A stretch of 32,000 bases of DNA from Candidatus Brevifilum fermentans (GTDB lineage Bacteria > Chloroflexota > Anaerolineae > Anaerolineales > Anaerolineaceae). The notes under the pieces are model-generated. The model saw only the letters and a list, made by a program, of their open reading frames with translations. It searched no databases and had not been told where the DNA came from. Of the stretch, positions 9,978 to 18,665 are shown piece by piece (position 1 is the first letter of the stretch; the number at the start of each line of letters is the position of its first letter). The stretch is taken from NCBI RefSeq assembly GCF_900184705.1, contig NZ_LT859958.1:230883-262882 (forward strand). The letters run 5' to 3'. Position numbers and translations under genes: made by a program.

Positions 9978-10023
9978 AAATCGTCTATAATATAATCAAC
10001 CACAAGACAAAGGAACGCATTAG

Positions 10024-10341
10024 ATGAGCATTTTCGATTTAATCTTTGGTCATCCCGCCATTCGAGCACTATCCGATGAGCAGAAAAAAGAAGTCAACCT
10101 GCTGCTGGTTGAGCTGGTAAAAATCGGTCGCCTGGACGATTACCTTTCGACCAGCCCGGGCGGACATTTTGATATCCGCTGCCATCACACCGGGGCGCGC
10201 AGGATCGGGATGAAATTGAACCAGATCGGCGGTTTGGAGCTGATGCAGGCTGCCAGGGCGCATGTTAAACGTAAACTGAAAATGGTGATGGCAGAGCACC
10301 TTGATTATTGCTGGCAGGGTATTGGAGATTGGAAAGCCTGA
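10024..10341 (+). CDS. Conserved-looking hypothetical protein, small and soluble
   Basis: 105-aa ORF in an otherwise open + strand region, preceded by AAAGGAA-like RBS; no family recognised. Confidence 0.65.
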   Translation: MSIFDLIFGHPAIRALSDEQKKEVNLLLVELVKIGRLDDYLSTSPGGHFDIRCHHTGARRIGMKLNQIGGLELMQAARAHVKRKLKMVMAEHLDYCWQGIGDWKA

Positions 10342-10391
10342 ACATCTAAGAAATTCAGCAACACTTTTGTCTTTAATAAAAGGAATGTACG

Positions 10392-10877
10392 ATGAACGAC
10401 CACCCCGACTTCCAGGAAGAGCAAACGCCGCGCCCCCCGCATTATGACGAGATAACTGAAGAACAATACGAAAAAGAAGACCAAAAACCTGCCGAAAAGG
10501 CTCACCAGGATCCCTTGAGCGCCATTACCTGGGCGCTGATTCTGATCTGGGCTGGCCTGGTCTTCCTGGCTTCGAACCTGGGCTGGCTGGACAGATTCCA
10601 GCCGCAATTCAACCTGCCGGGAGAGATCGAATTTTTGGGCTTGCGAACCTGGTCGGTCATCGCCCTGGGCGCCGGCATCATCCTCTTATTTGAGGCGATC
10701 ATCCGCACGATTGTGCCTGCTTACCGCCGTTCTACCGGCGGAAGTTATTTCCTGGCAGCCATCTTGCTGGCGATCGGGCTGAATGCGATCTTCGGCTGGC
10801 AACTCATTTGGCCCCTTGTGTTGATCGGTATGGGTCTGGCTGCCCTGGCTAACGCTTTTTTCCATAGGCGCAAATAA
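10392..10877 (+). CDS. Small membrane protein with charged N-terminal region and four predicted hydrophobic segments
   Basis: 161-aa ORF; 'AITWALILIWAGLVFLASNLGWL', 'WSVIALGAGIILLFEAIIRTIV', 'SYFLAAILLAIGLNAIFG', 'LIWPLVLIGMGLAALANAF'. Confidence 0.7.
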   Translation: MNDHPDFQEEQTPRPPHYDEITEEQYEKEDQKPAEKAHQDPLSAITWALILIWAGLVFLASNLGWLDRFQPQFNLPGEIEFLGLRTWSVIALGAGIILLFEAIIRTIVPAYRRSTGGSYFLAAILLAIGLNAIFGWQLIWPLVLIGMGLAALANAFFHRRK

Positions 10878-10880
10878 GGT

Positions 10881-11389
10881 TTAAAACAGGTCCGGATCCA
10901 GATTTTTAAGCAGCCGCCAGGTATGCAGCAGGGGAGTATGCCAGCGTTCGCGCCCGGTACAGCGAAAATACGGGATTTGGTAGGCGCGCACCAGGTCGCC
11001 GATTTTGTAGCGCGCCAGTATGGGGGTAAAAACGATCAAACTGCCGGTTTCACCCGGTTCCATTTCGTACAGCATTTTCACACCGTGGCGGTCATGGGGA
11101 TGAACTTGGTCTCGTCTTTGGTTATGCCGTGGGTGATCGCCCAGCCCAGGGCGGTTTCGTGTAGTAAAAGTTCGTTTTCGCCCGCCCTGACGCGTTCGAT
11201 GCGGGGCTTATAATCGTCATAGGTTGAAACGGGGAATTTCGCCCGGTAATCCGCGCTGCTGCTGACGGTGCTGGCGCCAAATTTTACACTATATGCGGTT
11301 TGAGCGTAGATTCTCAGCGGACTTTGCAGCACAACTTCCTGGGCTGCTGGCGGATTTTCCAGTGATGCCTGCCAGGGCTGCCCCGCCAA
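10881..11389 (-). pseudogene. GH3 auxin-responsive-promoter-family (acyl-adenylate) protein remnant with internal deletion
   Basis: ORF 11078..11389 encodes the N-terminal part ('NPPAAQEVVLQSPLRIYAQTAYSVKFG...DYRAKFPVSTYDDYKPRIERVRAGE...KDETKFIPMTATV') and overlapping ORF 10881..11081 encodes the C-terminal part ('LYEMEPGETGSLIVFTPILARYKIGDLVRAYQIPYFRCTGRERWHTPL'); the central adenylation region is absent. Confidence 0.68.
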
Positions 11390-11395
11390 CCCACC

Positions 11396-12799
11396 CTACT
11401 GGTGCCGGATCTCCGCCAAGCCTTTCCAGACTAAAATGCTCACCGTGACCACGAAATATGCGCTTAACAGGGCTGCTTCCGACAGGTAGCCCAGCACCGG
11501 CACGATCAAAAATGCCAGCCCGATCTTGCCCAACATGGCGAGAAAGCTGACTCTTAAGGGCAATTCTGCCCTGCCAAAAGCCAGCAGCAGGGAACGGTCC
11601 CAGTAGAAGGTATTGGCGATTCCATAACCGACCATCAGCACCATTAACACCGCAAAAGCTGGTGCATACGCTTCTTTGTAGATATAAATGGTGCGTCCAA
11701 ACAGCATCCAGGGCGAAAAAAGCAGTTGCCGCCCTAACAGCAACAACCCGGCAGCCACAGTCCCCGTCCAGGCGCCTGAGACGGTGGTGACACGGATGAG
11801 CAATTGCTTGAGCCGGTTCCATTCGCGGCGGGCAACGTGTCGGGTGATCTCCGGAAAGGTGGTGCTGATGAAAGGTGTGATCGGCATCACCACCAGGTTG
11901 ATCACGGCCTGTGCAACCTTAAAATAGCCGGCTACCGAGGTATCGAAGAAATAGCTCACCCACAGCACCTCGCTATCGCGCGCCAGGGTGGTGACCATAC
12001 CGCTGAAGTTGGAATTGACAGCAAAGCTTAACATCTCTTTGCGCTCTGGCAGGTTGCCGCGCAAGGTAGTTCGCCACCAGCCCTTCCCCAGGTGTTTGGG
12101 TAGCCAGTACAGGGCAACAAAAACCGGGCCGAGCCCCAGGATCGTCTTACCCGCCAGGTATACCAGCATGACGGCAAACACACCCCCTTTCACGAGGAAT
12201 ACCAGGGCGAACAAGCCGATGGTGACCAGGCTCTGGATAAAATTGATCAGCGCCAGTGATTTGAAGTGACCGGTCACCTGCAGCGCGCCGGTGGCGGTTT
12301 CGGTGATCATATTGCTGAGGATCGTGATCCCGTAAATGATGAACAACGGCTGAACGGCGAGGTCCTTGGCGAAGGTCAGTGCGCCCCAGCGAGACAGGAT
12401 GAGCAATACCAGGTATGCCAGAAGCGAGGTGGAGAGTTCTGCCAGACCGCCCACTTTGATTATCGCTGAGGCGTGTTTGCGCTTGTCCTCAGCCAAAAAT
12501 CCCCCCATGTAGCGGACCACAAAATCACCCATCCGGAAGGACAGCAGGCGGTTGATATTGGTGACAAAGCTGATCACCACCCCCAATTCACCAAAGCTCG
12601 CCACACCCAGAAGATTGGCAGCCAGGACGCTGAGCACAGCGCTGATGGCCTGGCTGGCAAATAAATAGGCTGAATTGCTGACAACCTTTTTGAAGATGGC
12701 GTCCTTGCCCCAGAATTTAATTCTGGAAAACAGCTTTTCGTCCTCTTCCCGGGTCTGCTGTGGATCGTTTTCTGTGTTTTGTTCCTTGTGAAGGCTCAT
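11396..12799 (-). CDS. Oligosaccharide flippase / polysaccharide biosynthesis membrane protein (Wzx/MATE-like)
   Basis: Start ATG at 12799 overlapping the upstream epimerase stop (ATGA); 'NSAYLFASQAISAVLSVLAANLLGVASFGELGVVISF', 'VSYFFDTSVAGYFKVAQAVINLV', many hydrophobic segments. Confidence 0.87.
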   Translation of the reverse strand: MSLHKEQNTENDPQQTREEDEKLFSRIKFWGKDAIFKKVVSNSAYLFASQAISAVLSVLAANLLGVASFGELGVVISFVTNINRLLSFRMGDFVVRYMGGFLAEDKRKHASAIIKVGGLAELSTSLLAYLVLLILSRWGALTFAKDLAVQPLFIIYGITILSNMITETATGALQVTGHFKSLALINFIQSLVTIGLFALVFLVKGGVFAVMLVYLAGKTILGLGPVFVALYWLPKHLGKGWWRTTLRGNLPERKEMLSFAVNSNFSGMVTTLARDSEVLWVSYFFDTSVAGYFKVAQAVINLVVMPITPFISTTFPEITRHVARREWNRLKQLLIRVTTVSGAWTGTVAAGLLLLGRQLLFSPWMLFGRTIYIYKEAYAPAFAVLMVLMVGYGIANTFYWDRSLLLAFGRAELPLRVSFLAMLGKIGLAFLIVPVLGYLSEAALLSAYFVVTVSILVWKGLAEIRHQ

Positions 12800-13776
12800 G
12801 GGGTTTCGACCTGGCTGACCCAATCTCGTTCTGCCATGTACCAGTCCACCAGGCGAGTGACGCCTTCTTCAAGGTTCACCTGCGGCTCCCAACCGAGGAG
12901 CGCTTTGGCTGTTGTGACATCGGCCTGGTTGGTGTGCACATCGGCGCGGTGAAAAGCTTCGTATTTGATCCGGGCGCGCTTGCCGAGGAGCTCTTCCAGC
13001 ATGTGAATCAGGTGATTGATCGTGATCACCTCATGTCCGCCCAGGTTGATCACCGCATAACCGAGGGGTTTCAGCGCCTGGATTGTGCCGCGGGCGATAT
13101 CGTCCAGGTAGGTGAAGCCGCGCGACTGCTCGCCATCGCCGTTGACGATCACCGGTCGGTCCTCGGCGATCCACTGGCAGAAACGAAACATGACCATATC
13201 CGGCCGCCCGGCAGGACCGTAGACGGTGAAATAGCGCAAAACCGTGACGTCAATGCCATACAGGTGGTGATAGGCAAAGGCCATTGCTTCAGCGCCCTTT
13301 TTGCTGGCGGCATAGGGCTGCAGGGGGTGATCGGTATCATCCGTTTCCTTAAATGGCGGATCGGATTTTTCAGCGTACAGGCTGGAGGTCGAGGCAAGAA
13401 TAAACTTCTCGACAGGGTACTGGCGGCATAGCTCCAGAAGGTTGAGGGTGCCGGTCAGGTTGGTATCCACGTACACCCAGGGGTCTGTCAGGCTGGAGCG
13501 CACCCCGGCGCGAGCAGCCAGGTTGATCACCCCGTCCACTTTTTCAGGCAGCCAGGGTTTTAGGGACTCGATGATGAACCGATCAGCAATATCCTCCTTC
13601 AGAAAGTGAAAATTCGACCGGGTCATCAGCTTTTTTAAGCGGTATTCTTTCAGGCGGACGTCGTAGGCGTCATTCAGATTGTCAACGCCGTACACCTGGT
13701 GACCGGAATCAGTCAGCAATTCCGCCACACGGTAAGCAATAAAACCCGCGACTCCCGAAATCAAATAGTTAGCCAT
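12796..13776 (-). CDS. NAD-dependent epimerase/dehydratase (UDP-glucuronate 4-epimerase-like)
   Basis: 326-aa ORF; 'YLISGVAGFIAYRVAELLTDSGHQVYGVDNLNDAYDVRLKEYRL', 'YAASKKGAEAMAFAYHHLYGIDVTVLRYFTVYGPAGRPDM'. Confidence 0.9.
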   Translation of the reverse strand: MANYLISGVAGFIAYRVAELLTDSGHQVYGVDNLNDAYDVRLKEYRLKKLMTRSNFHFLKEDIADRFIIESLKPWLPEKVDGVINLAARAGVRSSLTDPWVYVDTNLTGTLNLLELCRQYPVEKFILASTSSLYAEKSDPPFKETDDTDHPLQPYAASKKGAEAMAFAYHHLYGIDVTVLRYFTVYGPAGRPDMVMFRFCQWIAEDRPVIVNGDGEQSRGFTYLDDIARGTIQALKPLGYAVINLGGHEVITINHLIHMLEELLGKRARIKYEAFHRADVHTNQADVTTAKALLGWEPQVNLEEGVTRLVDWYMAERDWVSQVETP

Positions 13777-15095
13777 TAGAGCCTGACGACCTTGGGGTGA
13801 TCTTTCCCCTGATTTCCCAGGGCATTGCGGGTGTCAACAATCAACTTTGCCCTGGCGAGGATGGCACCGTAATCGTACTGTGCGTGATTGGTGATGATAG
13901 CCACACAATCGGCATGCTCAACCGCTTGCATCAGGTCGGGTACGGAAGAAAGCGACAGCCCTTCCTCCTCAAGATGCGGGATATAGGGATCGTGATAAAT
14001 CACATCAGCGCCTTTTTCCTGTAAAAGGTGGATTACATCCAGGGCAGGCGACTCGCGCAGGTCATCGACATTCGGTTTATAAGCAGCACCCAGGATCAAC
14101 ACCTGGCTGCCGTTGATGGGCTTTTTATGGAGGTTCAGGGCGTCCTGAATCTTTCCCAGGGTATAGCGGGGCATGCTGGTATTGATCTCAGAGGCAAGCT
14201 CGATAAAGCGGGCGGTGTAGTTTAACGAGCGGAGCTTCCACGACAGGTACAGCGGATCAACCGGGATGCAGTGACCACCCAGACCGGGTCCGGGGGTGAA
14301 TTTCATAAAACCAAAGGGCTTGGTGGCGGCGGCATCGATCACCTCCCACACATCAATTTTGAGGCGGTCGCACATGATCGCCAGTTCATTGACCATGCCG
14401 ATGTTGATCATGCGGAAGGTGTTTTCAAGCAGTTTGGTCATCTCGGCTACTTCACAGGTTGAAACCGGCACAATGGTCTCGAGGGCCTGGCTGTACCAGG
14501 CTGTAGCCACTTCCGTGCAGTCTGGAGAGATGCCGCCGATAACCTTGGGGGTGTTGATGGTTGTCCAATCATCCCGACCGGGGTCAACCCGTTCCGGGGA
14601 AAATGCCAGGAAAAAATCTTCGCACACCGAAAGTCCGCTGGTCGACTCAATAGCAGGCAGAATCATCTCGCGGGTTGTGCCCGGGTAGGTGCTGGATTCC
14701 AGCACCACTGCCATGCCCTGATGCATGTGGGGAGCCAGGGACCTGGAAGCCGAAACAATAAAGGAAAGGTCCGGGTCGCCAGTTTTGCGCAAGGGCGTGG
14801 GAACACAAATTGATACGGCATCGACCTGGCTTAAAATGGCATAATCGTTACTGGCGGAAAGCAAACCCGCATCAACCAGCGCTTTGACGCGTTCGGAGCT
14901 TACGTCGAGAATATAGCTCTCCCCCCGGTTGATGGTCTCCACTTTCTCGACGTCCGGGTCCACGCCTACTACGGTGAACCCGGCTTCGGCGAACACCACA
15001 GCCAGGGGCAGCCCCACATAACCGATGCCTACCACGCCCACGCGGGCGCTTCGGTCACGGAATTTTTGGATTAAGTTTTCTTTGATCGTTCCCAT
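13776..15095 (-). CDS. Nucleotide sugar dehydrogenase (UDP-N-acetylglucosamine/glucose 6-dehydrogenase family)
   Basis: 439-aa ORF; 'VGVVGIGYVGLPLAVVFAEAG', 'LESSTYPGTTREM', 'FSPERVDPG', 'GPGLGGHCIPVDPLYLSWK', 'LGAAYKPNVDDLRESPAL'. Confidence 0.93.
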   Translation of the reverse strand: MGTIKENLIQKFRDRSARVGVVGIGYVGLPLAVVFAEAGFTVVGVDPDVEKVETINRGESYILDVSSERVKALVDAGLLSASNDYAILSQVDAVSICVPTPLRKTGDPDLSFIVSASRSLAPHMHQGMAVVLESSTYPGTTREMILPAIESTSGLSVCEDFFLAFSPERVDPGRDDWTTINTPKVIGGISPDCTEVATAWYSQALETIVPVSTCEVAEMTKLLENTFRMINIGMVNELAIMCDRLKIDVWEVIDAAATKPFGFMKFTPGPGLGGHCIPVDPLYLSWKLRSLNYTARFIELASEINTSMPRYTLGKIQDALNLHKKPINGSQVLILGAAYKPNVDDLRESPALDVIHLLQEKGADVIYHDPYIPHLEEEGLSLSSVPDLMQAVEHADCVAIITNHAQYDYGAILARAKLIVDTRNALGNQGKDHPKVVRL

Positions 15096-15166
15096 GGGAT
15101 GAACCCTTTTTTATAATAGAATTCGAAAGATTATTTTATCACAGACCCTGGCGGCAGCACGTCTTT

Positions 15167-15823
15167 CTAAAATAAACTCAACTGTTCTGGCTGATCGTTG
15201 CCCGCCGGATCATCACCGGGAAGGTCTAGGTTGGCGTCCTGAGACACGGTGCTGGTTTGGCGGGCAGCCTGTGCTTTTTTCATTAGACTGGGTAATTTTG
15301 CAAAATCTTCTTTGACCACGTTGCGTAGGGATGGCTGATGCAAGGCGGCTGCCGGGTGATACATGGCCACCACCATGCGTCCACGGGACCAAAAATCGCG
15401 GCCATGAATGAGGCTGATCTTTCCCTTGTCGATAAAATAGTTCATCGATACCCGCCCAAGGGTGACGATCACATCCGGGTTGATCGCTGAAATCTGACGT
15501 TCAAGGTAGAATTTGCAGGCATTCAGTTCTTCCGGTTCAGGGTCGCGATTGCCAGGCGGGCGGCATTTGACCACGTTGGTAATAAACACTTCTTCGCGTT
15601 TGAACCCCGCATCGCCCAGGAGTTCATCTAAAAAATTTCCGGCTGCGCCTACAAAGGGTCGCCCCTGTTCGTTTTCGTAAAAACCGGGTCCCTCGCCAAT
15701 AAACATGATCCGCGAATGGGGGTTTCCCTCCCCGGGAACTGCATTCTTGCGGGAAAGATGCAACGGGCAGCGGGTGCAAACCCGGGTTTGCTGTGCGATT
15801 TCATCTAAAATTTCTTCGGGCGT
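15167..15823 (-). CDS. Uracil-DNA glycosylase, type 4 (Fe-S) family
   Basis: ORF 15167..15856; likely TTG start at 15823 with GGAGG six nt upstream; 'CTRCPLHLSRKNAVPGEGNPHSRIMFIGEGPGFYENEQGRPFVGAAG', 'NVVKCRPPGNRDP', 'MYHPAAALH'. Confidence 0.92.
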   Translation of the reverse strand, partial: TPEEILDEIAQQTRVCTRCPLHLSRKNAVPGEGNPHSRIMFIGEGPGFYENEQGRPFVGAAGNFLDELLGDAGFKREEVFITNVVKCRPPGNRDPEPEELNACKFYLERQISAINPDVIVTLGRVSMNYFIDKGKISLIHGRDFWSRGRMVVAMYHPAAALHQPSLRNVVKEDFAKLPSLMKKAQAARQTSTVSQDANLDLPGDDPAGNDQPEQLSLF

Positions 15824-15862
15824 CAAAACACACCTCCAGCGTATTGAATAACACACTCAATA

Positions 15863-16381
15863 TTATCGGTTATCCACCAGTTCGGCAAGTATTTCAGGCA
15901 CCAGTGGGTTTAAAGTCATCAAAAGTGCATCTTCGCCGGCATCCTGATAATATCCTTTGCGGACGCCAACCACAGCAAAGCCAAATTTATTGTAAAGATG
16001 AAGGGCGTCCTGGTTACAGGCTCTGACCTCCAGCAGTGCGTGGGTTGCGCCCAACCGGGTTGCTTCCAGTAACACTTTTGCCAGCAATCGCCGGGCGATG
16101 GAACGCCCGCGGTACTCCGGGTGAACTGCCAGCGTTCCGATATGGGCTTCATCGAGGATCAGCCAGACGATCACATTCGCGACAACCCTTGGTGGATGGG
16201 GTTCTTCAATCCATTCTGCGACCCAGCACAAAGTTCCCTGGTTTTGTGCAAGGGCTTTAATAAAATCTTTTTCAGCCCAGGGTGTGAGGAAAGAGGCTTG
16301 CTCGATAGCGCTAATCGGACTTAAATCCGCCGCGGTCATTGGGCGTAGACGGATGTACCCCTCATCGGTTTTCGATCTCAT
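15863..16381 (-). CDS. rimI: Ribosomal-protein-alanine N-acetyltransferase-like GNAT
   Basis: 172-aa ORF; 'IRLRPMTAADLSPISAIEQASFLTPW', 'LAVHPEYRGRSIARRLLAKVLLEA', 'LEVRACNQDALHLYNKFGFAVVGVRKGYY'; next to tsaB/tsaE. Confidence 0.9.
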   Translation of the reverse strand: MRSKTDEGYIRLRPMTAADLSPISAIEQASFLTPWAEKDFIKALAQNQGTLCWVAEWIEEPHPPRVVANVIVWLILDEAHIGTLAVHPEYRGRSIARRLLAKVLLEATRLGATHALLEVRACNQDALHLYNKFGFAVVGVRKGYYQDAGEDALLMTLNPLVPEILAELVDNR

Positions 16382-16382
16382 A

Positions 16383-17051
16383 TTATCCAGGAATGGCGGA
16401 CGTTGTGCTCAGATAGGTCGGCGCCAGGCTTGCAGGGTCGTCAGTATCGCCAGCCTGCAGGCGTGCCCATCCCAGGGCTGCCAGGAAACCTGCCCGACGC
16501 AAACAACGTTCAGGCGGGAGCAGGCACGCGTTTTTCCAACGGCGCCCAATGATGGCGCGGGCTTCTGCTGATAATTCGCCACAGATCAACGTGGGCGATT
16601 CAATGGTTTTAACCAGGTCCCTGGCATCCAGCACCACAGGCTCGCCCTGTGCAACCCACTCACCGCCAACGACATGGTAGGTGCCACAGGCTAATCGCTG
16701 GCGCCCGGCATGTAAAACAGCGACCATTGGACGCTCATCGAGGGGCTGTGCTTTGGCAATGACATCCAGTGAAGGGATACCCACAAGCGGGATGTTAACC
16801 GCCAACGCCATGCCCTTAATAAATGAGACGCCAATTCGTAAACTGGTGAAGGAGCCTGGTCCCGTCGCCACAGCCAGACCGGTCAGCTCGCTTGGTTTGA
16901 TGCCGGTGGATTTGATCATGCGCTCAAGCGCCGGCGCAAGCTCAACAGTGTGATGATGTTGAGTTTCCCAGGTGACTTCATACCGTAAAAATGTGCCATC
17001 AAACAATGCCAGGCTGATCCATGAAGTTGATGTATCAAGGGCGAATAACAC
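16383..17051 (-). CDS. tsaB: tRNA threonylcarbamoyladenosine biosynthesis protein TsaB
   Basis: 222-aa ORF; 'MLFALDTSTSWISLALFD', 'HHTVELAPALERMIKSTGIKPSELTGLAVATGPGSFTSLRIGVSFIKGMA'. Confidence 0.93.
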   Translation of the reverse strand: MLFALDTSTSWISLALFDGTFLRYEVTWETQHHHTVELAPALERMIKSTGIKPSELTGLAVATGPGSFTSLRIGVSFIKGMALAVNIPLVGIPSLDVIAKAQPLDERPMVAVLHAGRQRLACGTYHVVGGEWVAQGEPVVLDARDLVKTIESPTLICGELSAEARAIIGRRWKNACLLPPERCLRRAGFLAALGWARLQAGDTDDPASLAPTYLSTTSAIPG

Positions 17052-17548
17052 TAGAACACTCCATAAACTTTGCGGCGCAAATTAAAAACCATTGATTCAT
17101 ATCGCGCTCCTCGGGGAGAAAACAGCATGGTGCGGTTTTCGAGGGCTGTCGCTTCAAGTTGAACCCACAGGTGTTCGGCAGGAAGCGCGGCTTGGATCCG
17201 TTCAGCCCATTCAATCACAAGGATGCCCTGGGCGAGCATTCGGTCAAGATCCAGGATTTGGGCGTCTTGTGCGCTTTCCAAACGGTATGCATCCAGGTGG
17301 AAGAGCCGTTCCTGGTCGGGACGCCGGTATTCGTTTACGATCACATAAGACGGGCTTGTGACCGGATCAAGCGTGCCCCAACCGTCACCGATGCCCTGGA
17401 CGAGGGTGGTTTTTCCAGAACCCAGCTTGCCTGCCAGGCAGATGACATCACCCAGCCTGAGATATCCGCCCAGGTGGATACCCAACCGCCGGGTCTGCTC
17501 GGCGCTGTAGCTAAAAAATTCAAAGCTCAAGTCATCTAAGATAGGCAT
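17051..17548 (-). CDS. tsaE: tRNA threonylcarbamoyladenosine biosynthesis ATPase TsaE
   Basis: 165-aa ORF; Walker A 'LAGKLGSGKTTLVQGIGDGWG', 'VTSPSYVIVNEYR', 'LFHLDAYRL', 'GILVIEWAERI'. Confidence 0.93.
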   Translation of the reverse strand: MPILDDLSFEFFSYSAEQTRRLGIHLGGYLRLGDVICLAGKLGSGKTTLVQGIGDGWGTLDPVTSPSYVIVNEYRRPDQERLFHLDAYRLESAQDAQILDLDRMLAQGILVIEWAERIQAALPAEHLWVQLEATALENRTMLFSPRGARYESMVFNLRRKVYGVF

Positions 17549-17593
17549 AAGGATTAAACAGTATCATATCAGATTCGTGTTCAATGAACAACC

Positions 17594-17830
17594 TCAGTGT
17601 TCTTTGCCTGGAGCGCCAGGTTGGTCCTGGTCCTGGGCGGAATCAGCGCTGTAGAGGATTTTTTTAAGCCGGTTTTTGAGCGCCCTCCGCTCAAGCATGA
17701 CCCGTCGCCCACAGGTGAGACATTCGATGCCAATATCGGCGCCGAGGCGCACCACGCGCCATTCGTACCCGCCGCAGGGATGCGGTTTACGCAGGCGTAA
17801 GATATCGCCAAGACCCAGTTCAGTCAGCAT
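17594..17830 (-). CDS. DUF951 domain-containing protein
   Basis: 78-aa ORF; '[55 protein letters not shown]'. Confidence 0.85.
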   Translation of the reverse strand: MLTELGLGDILRLRKPHPCGGYEWRVVRLGADIGIECLTCGRRVMLERRALKNRLKKILYSADSAQDQDQPGAPGKEH

Positions 17831-17939
17831 GATTGGATTATACCATCCAGACGGGCAGGGTTTTTAAATCTCTCGACGATTTTTGGTACGCAACGCTTAG
17901 GGTTGATGTCCAGTTCCTGGTTTGGAAGCGTTCCCAGTC

Positions 17940-18623
17940 TTATTCAGGAATTTCTGCAGCTTCAGCCAGCAATTCCTGTAATCTGGGGTGGTTTGCATAA
18001 AAACCGCGGTATTCAGGTGGCAGCAGCATGGCGATCCGGCACATGATTTCATCGGTGTTTTGGGCTAACCAGGCCTGGCGGTTCTCGCGATCAAAATCGG
18101 GCAGGTGGTATGGATAACCTACACGAATTGTCACCGTTGGGCGACGGAACTTCATCCATTCATTGTAGACGCGCTCTGTGCCGACGATGCCAATGGGTAA
18201 AATTGGAACTGAAGCTTTGGCAGCCAGCATCGCGGCACCCTGTTTGCCTTCAAGCATGCCCACACCCTCATGACTGCGGGTGCCCTCCGGGGCAATGCCA
18301 ACCACACGTCCTTTTCGAAGCCAGTTAAGAACCTCGCGCAAAGCTGAAAAGTCGGTTGTTTCCCGATCCATCCAGACGATGTCGCCAATTTTTTCCAGGA
18401 CCCACCTGAAGAAAGGCTTTTTCTGGTATTTTTTAGCGACAATTGCCACCTTATCCATGCGTTGAGGAACGGCTATCAAAAAGGGCACATCCAGGCGGCT
18501 GATGTGATTGGTGGTCATCATCACTCCGCCTTGTGGAGGAATGCGCTCCCCATTGATGATTTGAAAGTGGGTTATTTTGTTGATCAAAAAGATGATCAGT
18601 TTGAATAAAGGTTTCTCAGGCAT
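17940..18623 (-). CDS. 1-acyl-sn-glycerol-3-phosphate acyltransferase (PlsC-like)
   Basis: 227-aa ORF; 'TTNHISRLDVPFL' (HX4D) and 'VVGIAPEGTRS'. Confidence 0.9.
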   Translation of the reverse strand: MPEKPLFKLIIFLINKITHFQIINGERIPPQGGVMMTTNHISRLDVPFLIAVPQRMDKVAIVAKKYQKKPFFRWVLEKIGDIVWMDRETTDFSALREVLNWLRKGRVVGIAPEGTRSHEGVGMLEGKQGAAMLAAKASVPILPIGIVGTERVYNEWMKFRRPTVTIRVGYPYHLPDFDRENRQAWLAQNTDEIMCRIAMLLPPEYRGFYANHPRLQELLAEAAEIPE

Positions 18624-18665
18624 GGTGATTAATTTCCTCTATACGATCGTTAACAGGCATGTCTG

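Noticed and set aside
12760-13431. 223-aa + strand ORF
   Set aside because: Lies antisense to the clearly supported epimerase; composition and lack of motifs fit a shadow ORF of GC-rich coding sequence.
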